Below are positions 19,929 through 30,130 of a stretch of 64,000 bases of DNA, piece after piece. How positions within the stretch are numbered: position 1 is the stretch's first letter; each line of letters starts with the position of its first letter. The DNA is taken from positions 1-64,000 of the forward strand of contig CAVQGX010000006.1 in NCBI GenBank assembly GCA_963712115.1, written 5' to 3'. The position numbers were made by a program, and so were the translations under genes. Source of the stretch: an uncultured delta proteobacterium (GTDB lineage Bacteria; Desulfobacterota; Syntrophobacteria; BM002). The notes beneath the pieces were generated by a model. The model was not told the DNA's origin and ran no database searches. It saw only the letters and a list, made by a program, of their open reading frames with translations.

Positions 19929-20360
19929 TTACATCCCGCGCCGCAAGGTTATTTCTTTCATCCGGGCATCGATTATCTTTTGTTCGTGTTTGCCCTTCTT
20001 TTCCTTTGCCTCGTCGACTTTAGCCAGGAGTTCCTCGATCTCACAGGGTTTCATCAGGTAGTCGAAAGCTCCCAGTCTCATTCCTTCCACCGCGGTCTCG
20101 ATGGTTGCATGGCCGGTGAGCATTATTACCTCTACCAGTGGATAGGCCTTCTTGATTTCCCTCAGAGTCTCAATGCCATCCATACCCGGCATCTTGACGT
20201 CGAGAATGACGACATCTACAGCATTCTTTTCAAGCTTTTCTAGGGCTTCCCGGCCACTGTATGCGGAAAGCACCATCAACTGGCGTTTGCTCAAACGCTT
20301 GGTCATGGTTTCGACAAAGGGAACTTCGTCGTCTACCAGCAAAACTAAAGGTGAGATCAT
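19929..20360 (-). CDS. Stand-alone response regulator
   Basis: LLVDDE, LDVKMPG, LTGH and DYLMKP. Confidence 0.92.
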   Translation of the reverse strand: MISPLVLLVDDEVPFVETMTKRLSKRQLMVLSAYSGREALEKLEKNAVDVVILDVKMPGMDGIETLREIKKAYPLVEVIMLTGHATIETAVEGMRLGAFDYLMKPCEIEELLAKVDEAKEKKGKHEQKIIDARMKEITLRRGM

Positions 20361-20361
20361 C

Positions 20362-20775
20362 TTACCCCCCCTTCCTCTCTCTTTGTTTGGTTGAAAAACG
20401 ATTAGGATAGTATTCCCTAAGAACCTTAAAAACCGTCGCTTTCAGGCGATCAGTATTTCCCATTTTCTCTACAAAGGCGGCGGTTTGCTTAACAGCCGGA
20501 TGGCTTGCATCTTCTGTGGCAAACCCATGAATGATCACCGGGAGTCCGGAGTTTACCCGTCGCAGTCGTTCAAGAATTGCCGGCCCACCAGAATAGGGAA
20601 TCTCCAGATCCAGTATCAATAAATCAGGCGGATCGGCTATGCTGACTTTTCGCAAAAGATCACGCCCGTCAGCAGCAACTTCCACCTGGTAACCTTCAGC
20701 AATGAGTTCACGGCGTAGGAAGTTGCGCACGTGCCTGTTGCGGTCTGTGATCAAGACGGTAAAACCATCCAGCAT
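20362..20775 (-). CDS. Atypical response regulator receiver
   Basis: The acidic pocket is degenerate (LITDRNRHVR), while LDLEIP and FVEK are retained. The ATG at 20775 follows GAGGTG. Confidence 0.8.
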   Translation of the reverse strand: MLDGFTVLITDRNRHVRNFLRRELIAEGYQVEVAADGRDLLRKVSIADPPDLLILDLEIPYSGGPAILERLRRVNSGLPVIIHGFATEDASHPAVKQTAAFVEKMGNTDRLKATVFKVLREYYPNRFSTKQRERKGG

Positions 20776-20807
20776 AAAACCACCTCTCACTAGTGCAAAA
20801 CCTTAAG

Positions 20808-20823
20808 AGCAACCGCCATGCCA
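20808..20823 (-). promoter_or_regulatory. Sigma-54 promoter TGGCAT-GGCGG-TTGCT with TTTACA-N3-TGTAAA site at 20911-20925
   Basis: Consensus GG-N10-GC heading the RR-RR-RR-RR-TSUP operon. Confidence 0.75.
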
Positions 20824-20935
20824 CAACATTGCTGAGGCTTAAGTAGCTTAATTTAATAGATTAATTTCAGAGAGAGGGGTTTGATCAGGCTGGAGTGAGT
20901 GCCGGGGTTTTTTACAACTTGTAAAAGGAAAGGAC

Positions 20936-21278
20936 GTCCGTGGTCTGTGGTCAGTTGTCCGTTGCGATTCCACGCAAGAACCGTTCAAATCGTTAAAGTC
21001 GTTGAAATCGTTGAAGTCGCAAGATCGCGGCTAAAAGCCGCTCCCACAAAAGGGGGGACGACGCGGAGAGACGGGGATAGAGGTCAGAAGTCAGAGGACA
21101 GACGACAGAAAAGAGTTAGAGTAGTGGAAGTGTGGAGTATTTTAAGATCTTAAACTCTAAGCACCAAGTCTCAAGGTGTCAGGTGTCAGGGAGGGAAACA
21201 AAAAAGCTGAAACCTGAAACCTGAACACTGAAACCTTAGTCTTTGCCTATATCCGCAACGGACGACGGACCACGGACG
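20936..21278. repeat. Nested mosaic of inverted short-unit repeat arms and a REP-like palindrome
   Basis: The outer arms GTCCGTGGTC..GTCCGTTGC / GCAACGGAC..GACCACGGAC enclose a CGTTGAAAT nonamer run, a REP-like ATCGCGGCTAAAAGCCGCTCCCACA (21024-21048), AGAGGTC heptamers and an AGGTGTC/CTGAAAC hairpin. Confidence 0.85.
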
Positions 21279-21288
21279 CAGCGAGTAT

Positions 21289-22740
21289 TTACGACGAGCT
21301 GCTCACAGCAGTTTCAATCTTAAGCCGGTACTTTTCTATCTTCGCTTGTAGGGTGGGGCGGGAGAGACCCAAGAGCTTGGCGGCACGGGATCGATTGCCG
21401 CCCGTCAGGTTGAGGGCCTCGCTGATAAGAATGCTGGCAGTGTCGTCCATCATGGAGTCGAAAAGACCTTCACCGTGACTTTTGGCCAGCTTTTGTCTGA
21501 ACAACTGACGGAGGGATTCGGTCACTGATTCTTCGTCCACGCTTTTGATTTCGCTGCCTTCCTCCATGACTCGACTCAAGTCTTCAGCGCCGATTGGAGT
21601 CCCTCGATTGAAAATCAATGCCTTCTGCAATGTGTTCGCCAACTCCCGGACGTTTCCCGGCCAGGGATAGCCTCGCAGCAAAGTCTTGGCTTCCGGGACG
21701 CTACCCGGGTTATCCATTTTCATTTCACTCGACAAGCGCTTGAGAAAGTATTCGGTCAAAAGGTCAATGTCTTCAGCCCGTTCGCGCAGCGGTGGCAGCC
21801 AGAGAGTAACCACTTTGAGACGGTAGTAGAGATCTTCCCTAAAGCGTCCTTCTGCGATGGCAGCTTCGAGGTCTCTGTTGGTTGCGGCGATGATCCGGAC
21901 ATCCACCGGAATGGGCTCCCGTCCACCTAGTCTTTCAATACTTTTTTCCTGAAGCAACCGCAGTATCTTGGCCTGGATGCTGAGGGGCATGTCCCCTATT
22001 TCATCCAGAAAAATGGTGCCGCCGTTGGCTTGCTGAATTTTTCCCAGACGACGACTTACCGCTCCGGTAAAGGCTCCCCTTTCATAACCGAAAAGCTCGC
22101 TCTCGAGGAGAGTCTCGGGAATTGCCACGCAATTGATCACCAAAAATGGTCTATGTGCCCTTTTGCTGTGCTGATATATGGCCCGAGCCACCAGCTCCTT
22201 GCCCGTCCCGGACTCGCCCCTAATCAGTGCGGTGGCATCGGTGGAAGCAACCCTCCCTATGGCCTTGTAAATCTCCTGCATTGGTTTGCTCCGGCCAATA
22301 ATGGCATCCGCCGACGGCTTGTCTGGAACTATGTCCATCTCTACCCGCGAGTGCATAAGTCGACCGGCCTCCAAGGCATCCCTTACCAGGGCAAGGATAT
22401 CGGGAATATTGAAGGGTTTGAGGACGTAGTCGAAGGCACCCTCCTTGGTGGCCTCTATAGCCGTTTCAGTAGTGCCATAGGCGGTCATTATTATTATGGG
22501 CAGCTTGGGCTCTACTTTGCGCATGGCCCTGCTGGCTTCCAGGCCATTAATTCCTGGCAAGCGCACATCCATGACCACCAAATCAGGAGGAGATTGTCGC
22601 ACCATGGCCAGACCTGATTCGCCATTGGCCGCTGTCTGCACCGTGTGCCCCTCCTCAATGAGAAGCTTTTCAAAGCTCTGCCTCAGTTGAGGATCGTCAT
22701 CAACGATTAGGACCTTGCCCAAACTGCATCCTCCCGGCAC
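21289..22740 (-). CDS. Sigma-54-dependent response regulator (NtrC/AtoC family bEBP)
   Basis: Receiver domain, GESGTGKE, GAFTGA, FLDEIG, WPGNVREL and a Fis-type HTH. Confidence 0.96.
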   Translation of the reverse strand: MPGGCSLGKVLIVDDDPQLRQSFEKLLIEEGHTVQTAANGESGLAMVRQSPPDLVVMDVRLPGINGLEASRAMRKVEPKLPIIIMTAYGTTETAIEATKEGAFDYVLKPFNIPDILALVRDALEAGRLMHSRVEMDIVPDKPSADAIIGRSKPMQEIYKAIGRVASTDATALIRGESGTGKELVARAIYQHSKRAHRPFLVINCVAIPETLLESELFGYERGAFTGAVSRRLGKIQQANGGTIFLDEIGDMPLSIQAKILRLLQEKSIERLGGREPIPVDVRIIAATNRDLEAAIAEGRFREDLYYRLKVVTLWLPPLRERAEDIDLLTEYFLKRLSSEMKMDNPGSVPEAKTLLRGYPWPGNVRELANTLQKALIFNRGTPIGAEDLSRVMEEGSEIKSVDEESVTESLRQLFRQKLAKSHGEGLFDSMMDDTASILISEALNLTGGNRSRAAKLLGLSRPTLQAKIEKYRLKIETAVSSSS

Positions 22741-24195
22741 GGCAGGGTAATGGTAAAGGTCGTCCCCTCACCCTCCTTGGATTTCAGAGATAGCCAACCA
22801 CCGTGTTCCTCTACGATGCGGTAGGCAATGCTGAGCCCCAAGCCCGTCCCCTCTTCCTTGGTGCTAAAAAAGGGTTGAAATACCTGATCACGAACTGATT
22901 TTGGAATACCAGGACCGTTGTCTTTCACCCGTATTACCACCACCCGGCCCAAAGGCTCAACCACGCCTTCTTCCTCACGAATGACAATCAAGCCGCCTTC
23001 GCCCATGGCCTCACAACCGTTTACCAGTAGATTAATCAAGACCTCTTTTAACTGCTCGGGATCGGCCTCTATCATGGGCAGACGGTGTTCCCGGTCAAGC
23101 TCTACCTGGACACCGTAGGACTCTAACCGATGTCGAAGGAGCTGCAGTGCCATGTCCACTACCTCGGAAGGACTGATACTCTGAATTTTCAGCTTGGGTG
23201 GTCGGGCAAACTCGAGAAAGTTTTGGACGATAGTGTCAATGTGGCGCACTTCCTCCGAGATCACCTCGAAGTCCTCTTGCTGGGTTTGAGAAAGTTCCAG
23301 CGACCGTTCCAGGGAGAAAAGCCTCATGTTCACAGAAGTCAGCGGGTTGCGGATGGTGTGAGCCACTCCCGCAGCCAGTTTTCCCACCATGGCCAGTTTC
23401 TCCGCCTGCAGAAGGTGCGCGCGGCTCTGTTGTAGTTCAGACTGTGTCTGATCTACGTTCTCCATGAGGCTGTGGACTCTCTGGCTTAAGGCGGTCATCT
23501 CCCTGGGGAGGGAGCTGTTGATGTCTACGTCACCCGCTTCCATGGATAGTATTCTAATTGGTTTCAGGATCTGATTCAGCAGGATATAGGCCAGCAGAAT
23601 AGCCCAAAACCAGGACGCTTGGTAGAGCCACCAGGGTCATACCTTTAACCAACCGTGTCTGAGCACGACTCTTGATCCGAGCGTCATTGATTTCTTCCTT
23701 CTTGATTGCCCTATATTGATCGCAGAGACCCTGGATGGCGAAGAACTGCTTCCTCACATCCCAGTGGCGCTCGGCCCCGGCTTCCCGCTTGCCGGCCTGA
23801 TATAGCTGAATTACTTGGTCCCGGGCAAAGATATAACGAAGGTACTCTGATTCGATCTGATTGAGGATGCTTCGCTCATTATCTGTCTGGGCCGAGTTGC
23901 GGGCTTTCTTTAGCCAGGTATGGAAGGACTCGTTGAGTTCCTCCAATTGGTTGAGCCAGTCAGGGTTGCCATCGAGGAAATAATAGGTTGTCAAACCCTT
24001 TTGCCTGACCAGAGCCGTCTCCAGCTCTTCCGCCGCCTGTAACCCCATCACGGCACTATCAAAGACCGAATCGAAGAGATTCGCCATCCGGTAGGTATGC
24101 CACATGGTGACGAGGCCACCGCCTAGAGTGGTCAACACCAAGGCAGCCAGAATCAAGATGATTCGACTGCGCAGGCTTAGTCGTTTCATGATCAC
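22707..24195 (-). CDS. Sensor histidine kinase (four-helix periplasmic sensor), split by a 1-nt frameshift near 23602
   Basis: Removing one base after ..VLG gives ILLAYILLNQILKPIRILSMEAGD, which joins ORFs 23554-24195 and 22707-23543. H-box AHTIRNP and GTGLGL are present. Confidence 0.85.
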
Positions 24196-24295
24196 GGTTT
24201 TATTGTATTACCTGTTTGTTCTTTCTCCGGACACCATGACCCCATAAGGAATCATGGAGTATGGAGCATTAAACAACAAGCAAAAACCCCATGGG

Positions 24296-26119
24296 CTATG
24301 CTGAGTCGCCCCCGCCCAGGTGTACCGCAAGCCTCTGGTGAACAGGCTCTTTCTTGGCCCCATCCTCTGGTGGCAGTGGTAAGCGGACATGGAAGGTGGT
24401 TCCCAAACCCACCGCACTATTCACGCTGATTTCTCCTTCCATCTTTTTAATGATGCCATAGCAGATGGAAAGACCCAATCCGGTTCCCTTGCCCACTGGT
24501 TTGGTGGTGAAGAAGGGATCGAAGATCCTGGCAAGATTAGCTTTAGGAATGCCTTGCCCGGTATCGGCAACGTCCACCACCACCTGGCCGCCATCAACTC
24601 GGGTAGTAATTTCAAGAGTTCCACCGTCAGGGGTCATGGCGTCCAGAGCGTTATTGACCAGATTAAGTAATACCTGTTCAAATTCCGATGGTGAAACATG
24701 GACCTCCGGCAGGTGTTGAGCAAGGTTTAAGTTGAGTTTCACATTGCTGTACTTTACTCGCTGTTCGGAAAGCGCGACCACTTCGTCTATGAGCTCGTTC
24801 AATTGTACTTTACGAAGTTCCGGATCTGTCTTCCGGGCAAAGCTCAAAAGCTTGTGAGTTATTTGTTTACAACGTACCCCTTGGTTTTTGATCTGTTTGA
24901 GAGCTCTTCGGACCTCGGCTGGATCTTCACAGGTGCCGTCTTCCTCTAGTAGATCCTCAATCCAGCCTGCCTCCTCCACCATTATTGCCACCGGGTTGTT
25001 GATTTCGTGGGCTATGCCGGCCGCCAACTCTCCCACCGAGGCCAGTTTGCCTGCTTCAATGATCTGCTCGTTCATCATTTCTTTTTCCCGGTCAGCCCAG
25101 ACTACGCGCTTGATGATTCTACTGGATAAGATGAAAGCCATGCTTACGATGCCCAGGCCGCCCACAAGGAAGATGACCAGGGCCAGCTTTCGAGCGCGAT
25201 ACAGATCTGCGAAGGCATCCGTCGCATCCTGTTGGTAGACTAGCAGCCACTCCCCTTTTTTCAGCGGAGTGCTGACACTGATGTACTCCCCACCCCTATT
25301 TGGATCGCTCTCTATTACGGTCACCGGCTGCCGGTCATTTTTCTTTTTACGAAGCCGATCCGTTGCTTCTAAATGACCTTGGTCCTCGGGGGGCAAACCT
25401 TGGTGGAAACTCTTGACGAGCAGGTCCACATGCTTTCTGCTGTTCTGCCTAGCCGCCAGTGGGGCGTTGGTCTGAAATTCTCCCTCGTGGTTGACGATAA
25501 AAGCGATGCCGGTCTTACCAATGCGGAGATTCTCCACCAGAGAATTGAAAGCGACGAAATCAATAGTGGACCGCAAAATCCAGGTGCCACCCTGCCACTC
25601 CTTCTTGACTGCCACAATAAAATGGGGCAGCCCTCTGATGCCCAGAAATACATCGCTGATAAATTGCTCACTTTTCAGAGCCTTTTTAAACCAGTCCGCC
25701 TCAGAATAGTTGACCCGAGCCAGCTTGAAAGCCCCGGCGTAAGCGACCTGGAGGCCGTCCCCATTGACTAAACCCAGGTCCACGAACACCCCACCGTGTT
25801 CTTCCTGGAGGATGGCCAGTTTTCCCTGAAGAAACGACTCATCACGCAACTGCTCTAGGCTAAAGGTTCTGGTCATCACCCTGATATCGGCCAATTTTTC
25901 ATCGAGAAAACCGTCGATATTTTGCCTGTGTTTCTGCACCACTTCTTCCAGGTGGGCAATTACCTTTTCTTGGTAGGATACTTGGAACTGGTAGAGGATC
26001 ATCCCGGCAATAAGAAGGAGGGGCGCAAAAGACACAAGAATCATGACCAAGAGCATGTTTCTCTTGAGCGTTCTGTAATAGTATGGGCCTACTATTTTCT
26101 TACCTTTCATGGACCACAA
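24296..26119 (-). CDS. Cache-domain sensor histidine kinase
   Basis: Two TM helices, YSEADWF..SDVFLG Cache motif, AHEINNP, and [15 protein letters not shown]. Confidence 0.95.
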   Translation of the reverse strand: MWSMKGKKIVGPYYYRTLKRNMLLVMILVSFAPLLLIAGMILYQFQVSYQEKVIAHLEEVVQKHRQNIDGFLDEKLADIRVMTRTFSLEQLRDESFLQGKLAILQEEHGGVFVDLGLVNGDGLQVAYAGAFKLARVNYSEADWFKKALKSEQFISDVFLGIRGLPHFIVAVKKEWQGGTWILRSTIDFVAFNSLVENLRIGKTGIAFIVNHEGEFQTNAPLAARQNSRKHVDLLVKSFHQGLPPEDQGHLEATDRLRKKKNDRQPVTVIESDPNRGGEYISVSTPLKKGEWLLVYQQDATDAFADLYRARKLALVIFLVGGLGIVSMAFILSSRIIKRVVWADREKEMMNEQIIEAGKLASVGELAAGIAHEINNPVAIMVEEAGWIEDLLEEDGTCEDPAEVRRALKQIKNQGVRCKQITHKLLSFARKTDPELRKVQLNELIDEVVALSEQRVKYSNVKLNLNLAQHLPEVHVSPSEFEQVLLNLVNNALDAMTPDGGTLEITTRVDGGQVVVDVADTGQGIPKANLARIFDPFFTTKPVGKGTGLGLSICYGIIKKMEGEISVNSAVGLGTTFHVRLPLPPEDGAKKEPVHQRLAVHLGGGDSA

Positions 26120-26138
26120 CTCTGTTCATCTGGCTCTT

Positions 26139-26392
26139 CCGGAATTTGATTGGATGATCACCTATTAGCCATTGATGCCATGGTTTCCCTTGGACAGGAG
26201 GTGCTCCGAGCCAAAGCGCATCTGAGCCACCGGTGTTTTGCTTTTGCAGCCTGGAATGACTTACATCTGCGTCGGCGGCAGTCATCTTGCAAAGCCATTA
26301 ACCCAATCCAACTGATGCGAATATGCAGCTTTGTCGAGGAGCTCTTCCTGGCGAATCCAACACTTGTATTATGCTATCCAAGCATATTCCGG
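26139..26392 (+). mobile_element. ~250-bp long-hairpin element (MITE-like or structured RNA), copy 1
   Basis: Terminal IR CCGGAAT(T/A)TG(A/C)TTGGAT. It is homologous to 56641-56891, and the internal stems are conserved with compensatory changes. Confidence 0.75.
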
Positions 26393-26459
26393 AAAAACTG
26401 TTTATCTGGCTTTTATCTGCCCATTTCTAGTCAAAACTGTCCGCTGACTCCCTCTTTAG

Positions 26460-27977
26460 TTACTTGGGCAGTACCACAGGCATGCCCAGCAAAGGCCAGA
26501 TGACCAAGGCAGCTACACCCACCAGAACCATGAGCAGAACACTGGCCGGAATACCATAGAGAAAGAATTCCCCGGTGGTAAACTGCTTGGAGTCATAGGC
26601 AATAGCATTGGGCGCCGCACCCACCAAGAGCAGGAAGGGCATACCGGCGGTGACCAGGGAGGCAAATAGAACAACCTCGGGGGCAACCCCCAGGTATGGG
26701 GCGATGACCAGGGCCACCGGCAGTGAAATGGCGATGGCTGCCACGTTCATGATGAAATTGGTCATAATCATTACGAAGAAGGCAATGCTCAAGACAAAAA
26801 CAAACCAGTTTGCCTTCTGGAACATTACCAGCCAGTTCACTGCCAGCCATTTGGCCGCGCCCGTTTCCCACAAGCAAAAGCCGATGGACATGGCACCGCC
26901 GAAAAGCAGGATGATGTTCCAGGGAATATCTTCCAGGTCTTTGAGGTCCAGAATCCTGGTGAGATAGAAGAGGATGGTGGCAATGAGGATGACCGCGGAC
27001 TTGTTGAAAGGTTTCAGTGCTGGAAGGAAAGATTGCAGCGACAGAAAGATAATTGCAGCAAGGACGATTAAAATAGTCAAAATCTCCCTGCCGGTGATGC
27101 GACCCATTTGAGCCTGGAGAGTCTTTGCCTTTTCTCGCAGACCGGGGATGGTCTTTTTCTCCGGTTTGAAAAAGATCATGAAGAACCCCCAGAGCACGAA
27201 GACCATCAGCCAACCAATGGGAAACATATAGTAGGTCAGCTCAAAAAAAGTGACCTCCCTGCCGACAATGCCCTTGAAAAAGCCTATGGCCACCGCCCCT
27301 CGGGCTGCGCCCAGGAGGGTGATGATGCTGCCTGCCCCGGCCACGTAGGCCATGCCGATGAAGAGACCTTTGCCGAACTTTGTGGGTCTCTCCCCTTCAC
27401 CATAGAGTGAATAGATGGTTAGCATCAGAGGGTAGACTGTGGCTGCCACCGCAGTGTGGGCCATGACGTGGGTGAGGGCTGCCGTTACCAGAAAGCAGCC
27501 GAGATAGATCATGCTGGTTTTCTCGCCGACAATGGAGAGCATTTTATAGGCGAGCCGCCTGGTAAGCCCAGTTTTTGTGAAAACCATACCAATCACAATG
27601 GACCCAAAAATAAACCACACCGAAGGATCCATGAAATCCTTGAAGGCTTCCGAAGCTGTTCGAATGAGAAACATCGACTGCATCACCCCGATGGTAATGG
27701 AGGTGACGCCGATGGGGACCACCTCAAATACCCACCAGGTCCCTGCCAACAAGAACACGGCCAGGGCACCCTTCGCTTCTTTGCTCAGGGGGAAATGTTC
27801 TCCCATGGGATCAACAGCGTCGGGCCAGGGAGGTGAGTAGTAGACGATAGTGAACAGCACCACTCCCAACATAATAAAAAAGATTCTCTTCCAATTCATT
27901 CTCGCCAACAGAGAGGCAATGCCTCCTTCCTCGCGGGATGCTTCAAGGGCCAGTTCTTGCACAGGTGTATCAGACAT
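26460..27977 (-). CDS. SLC13/DASS family permease (paralog 1)
   Basis: Multi-TM protein with WWVFEVVPIG, MAHTAVAA, IPWNIILLFGG and GAAPNAIAY. Confidence 0.93.
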   Translation of the reverse strand: MSDTPVQELALEASREEGGIASLLARMNWKRIFFIMLGVVLFTIVYYSPPWPDAVDPMGEHFPLSKEAKGALAVFLLAGTWWVFEVVPIGVTSITIGVMQSMFLIRTASEAFKDFMDPSVWFIFGSIVIGMVFTKTGLTRRLAYKMLSIVGEKTSMIYLGCFLVTAALTHVMAHTAVAATVYPLMLTIYSLYGEGERPTKFGKGLFIGMAYVAGAGSIITLLGAARGAVAIGFFKGIVGREVTFFELTYYMFPIGWLMVFVLWGFFMIFFKPEKKTIPGLREKAKTLQAQMGRITGREILTILIVLAAIIFLSLQSFLPALKPFNKSAVILIATILFYLTRILDLKDLEDIPWNIILLFGGAMSIGFCLWETGAAKWLAVNWLVMFQKANWFVFVLSIAFFVMIMTNFIMNVAAIAISLPVALVIAPYLGVAPEVVLFASLVTAGMPFLLLVGAAPNAIAYDSKQFTTGEFFLYGIPASVLLMVLVGVAALVIWPLLGMPVVLPK

Positions 27978-28034
27978 TTTCCTTCCTCATTTCGAATGAG
28001 ATGTAGTTCAACCCAGGTGGATTTCTCTCCAGTC

Positions 28035-28475
28035 TCACCACGACTTGGATTTCATCAGCTCTTTGATCCTCTCCTCATGTCTTTTTGAAACGAGAAGCAT
28101 TCTCTTGTCTTTGGCTTTTTTGATTTTCTCCAAGAGCTCCTTGAAATCGGCAGGTTTTTCCACGAAATCCATGGCGCCCAGTTTCATGGCCTCCACACCT
28201 TTGTCAATAGTGCCGTGACCGGTGAGTAGAATAATTTGTAGGTCTGGATTGATTTCTTTGAGCTTCTTCAGGGTCTCCAAGCCGTCCATCTCTGGCATGA
28301 GAAGGTCGAGGACGATTGCATCGTAGGCCTCTCCTTTGGCCTTGTCGATAGCCTCGGAACCTCCCCCGGCTGTTTCAACGTTGAACCCCCGGCCCTCCAG
28401 TCTTTCCGCCAGCAATTTGATAAAGTGCGGCTCGTCGTCAACCAGGAGTACCTTAATTTCTTCTGCTGAAGTCAT
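28035..28475 (-). CDS. Stand-alone response regulator
   Basis: LLVDDE, LDLLMP, LTGHG and FVEKP. Confidence 0.92.
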   Translation of the reverse strand: MTSAEEIKVLLVDDEPHFIKLLAERLEGRGFNVETAGGGSEAIDKAKGEAYDAIVLDLLMPEMDGLETLKKLKEINPDLQIILLTGHGTIDKGVEAMKLGAMDFVEKPADFKELLEKIKKAKDKRMLLVSKRHEERIKELMKSKSW

Positions 28476-28489
28476 TACCTCCTCCCTGC

Positions 28490-28939
28490 CTAATCATCTT
28501 CATCCATGATTTTCTTTGCGGATTCGAAGTCTCCGGCCTCCGCAAAGGTTGCAGCCACCATGGTATCTTCCATCTTGCGCCTGTAGGCGGCTTTCATCTT
28601 TTTTACCAACACATCCAGATTCACCGGTTTTTCCAGGTAGTCAAAGGCACCCAGCCTCTTGGCTTCCTCCTCGTCCTTTTCAGTCCCGTGGCCGGTGAGT
28701 ATGATCACCTGGATCTTCGGATATGCCTTCCTCACCTGGCGCAAGACCTCCATCCCATCTATACCGGGCATCTTCAGATCCAGGACCATGACGTCTGGCT
28801 CCTGGTCTTCCACAAAGGAGAGGGCCTCCTCGCCGTCTAGGACGGTATCCGAGCGCAGATCGCGCATCTTTAACCGTTCTGCCAAAGCCTTGACGAATTC
28901 CTCCTCATCATCCACCAGCAAAACCTTCATATCTTTCAT
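28490..28939 (-). CDS. Response regulator with C-terminal AATFAEAG tail
   Basis: Canonical receiver followed by MEDTMVAATFAEAGDFESAKKIM. Confidence 0.92.
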   Translation of the reverse strand: MKDMKVLLVDDEEEFVKALAERLKMRDLRSDTVLDGEEALSFVEDQEPDVMVLDLKMPGIDGMEVLRQVRKAYPKIQVIILTGHGTEKDEEEAKRLGAFDYLEKPVNLDVLVKKMKAAYRRKMEDTMVAATFAEAGDFESAKKIMDEDD

Positions 28940-28941
28940 GC

Positions 28942-29496
28942 TTACTCCTCCTTTTCGGGAGCAGATATCGGCTCTTTCCCCTCTTTGAGGATCTGCGTGG
29001 CACCGTTGAAGTCTCCCGATTCGGCCAATGTAGCAGATACCATAAGATCTTCAAGTCTTTTCCGGATTGATCTCTTTTTCTTGCCCTTCTTCGACTTTTT
29101 CTTCGCTCCAGCCTCTCGCAGTTTGGCCAGGAGATCCTCGAGGTCAAAGGGAATCAGCAGGTCGGCAAAAGCACCCCGTTTCATGCCCTCGATTGACCAG
29201 TGGATGCTTGAAGGACTCGTCAGGGTAATGAATTCGGCGAAAGTTTTTGTCTCCTTGATGGAATCCAGGATTCTGATTCCACTTGCACCAAGATCATTGA
29301 CGTTTATGACCACCACATCAATGTCATCACGCTGCAAAATGGCAAGTGCCTCTGAGGCTGTCTGGGCAAAGCTGACCGCCACTCCCTTTGAGCAGATACG
29401 CTCGGACAGTGTCCCCATAAATCTTGAGTCTTCGCCAATCAGCAGGACATTCTCCTTCACACTATCCAAACCCCCTCTTGGTGAGAGCGTTTCCAT
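28942..29496 (-). CDS. Pseudo-receiver (Asp to Asn) with C-terminal SATLAESG tail
   Basis: LLIGED, and VVVINVND at the phospho-Asp position. Tail LEDLMVSATLAESGDFNGATQIL. Confidence 0.8.
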   Translation of the reverse strand: METLSPRGGLDSVKENVLLIGEDSRFMGTLSERICSKGVAVSFAQTASEALAILQRDDIDVVVINVNDLGASGIRILDSIKETKTFAEFITLTSPSSIHWSIEGMKRGAFADLLIPFDLEDLLAKLREAGAKKKSKKGKKKRSIRKRLEDLMVSATLAESGDFNGATQILKEGKEPISAPEKEE

Positions 29497-29530
29497 TATT
29501 GGTTCTTCCGCAAGAACCCCATTATTAAGG

Positions 29531-29592
29531 CTAGCCCGGATTTTTCATGAATCGCGGTCGCAGCAGGTGATTCATGGAATTTCCGGGCTAAG
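29531..29592. repeat. TAGCCCGGAT..TTCATGAAT palindromic element (short copy); supplies the stop codon of the upstream gene
   Basis: CTAGCCCGGATTTTTCATGAATC ... GATTCATGGAATTTCCGGGCTA, related to 43801-43933. Confidence 0.7.
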
Positions 29593-29917
29593 CATTTACC
29601 GGGACCAGGCCGGACCAGATTTTCACGCCCGCCAGTGGAGAATCTTCTACGGGGATCCAGCCGATCCAAACTTTAACACCGGGAAGTTCCAGACGAGCCG
29701 CTTTTGCCTTTCTGCCGCTCACTTGCAGAAACTCCCTGGCCGTATCAGCTAGCCCGGCCTCGGCGAAGGTGATTGCGGTCATCCAATCATCCAAAACCAA
29801 CTTTTTCTTCCTAGTCGCCTTCGCGCCCACAAAACACAAGGCAGTTTCATGCTCGTTTGCCTCGGCAAAAGTCACCGCATTCATCAAATCTTCTAATCTC
29901 TTTCTCAGACCTTTCAT
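29588..29917 (-). CDS. Small hypothetical protein with two A(V/I)TFAEA repeats
   Basis: RBS AAGGAG. Contains LEDLMNAVTFAEANEHETA and LDDWMTAITFAEAGLADTA, plus a duplicated L(P/A)GVK(V/I)W.G..PV. Confidence 0.75.
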   Translation of the reverse strand: MKGLRKRLEDLMNAVTFAEANEHETALCFVGAKATRKKKLVLDDWMTAITFAEAGLADTAREFLQVSGRKAKAARLELPGVKVWIGWIPVEDSPLAGVKIWSGLVPVNA

Positions 29918-29960
29918 GGCCATTCTCCTTTGTCCGCAATGATCTTTGCCTATACTATTT

Positions 29961-29976
29961 AGCAATGACCGTGCCA
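29961..29976 (-). promoter_or_regulatory. Sigma-54 promoter TGGCAC-GGTCA-TTGCT
   Basis: Perfect consensus, with TG(T/A)TTCAAAT-type dyads upstream at ~30039-30089. Confidence 0.8.
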
Positions 29977-30130
29977 TACAATTTTTTATAGTTATTATAA
30001 TTATTTAGATTCTAAGGTCATTACAGAATGATTTATTATGTTTCAAATTAAGTCAGTAGATATTGATTCAAATTGTTTCAAATGAATCATAAGGGGAAAA
30101 GATGGGAGATTGCAATCTATGGGGTGTGTA

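Noticed and set aside
26150-26503. Protein-coding reading of the 250-bp element (similar ORFs at 26150 and 56650 and on the minus strand)
   Set aside because: A 1-nt indel shifts the frame between copies, and the substitutions preserve base pairing rather than codons.
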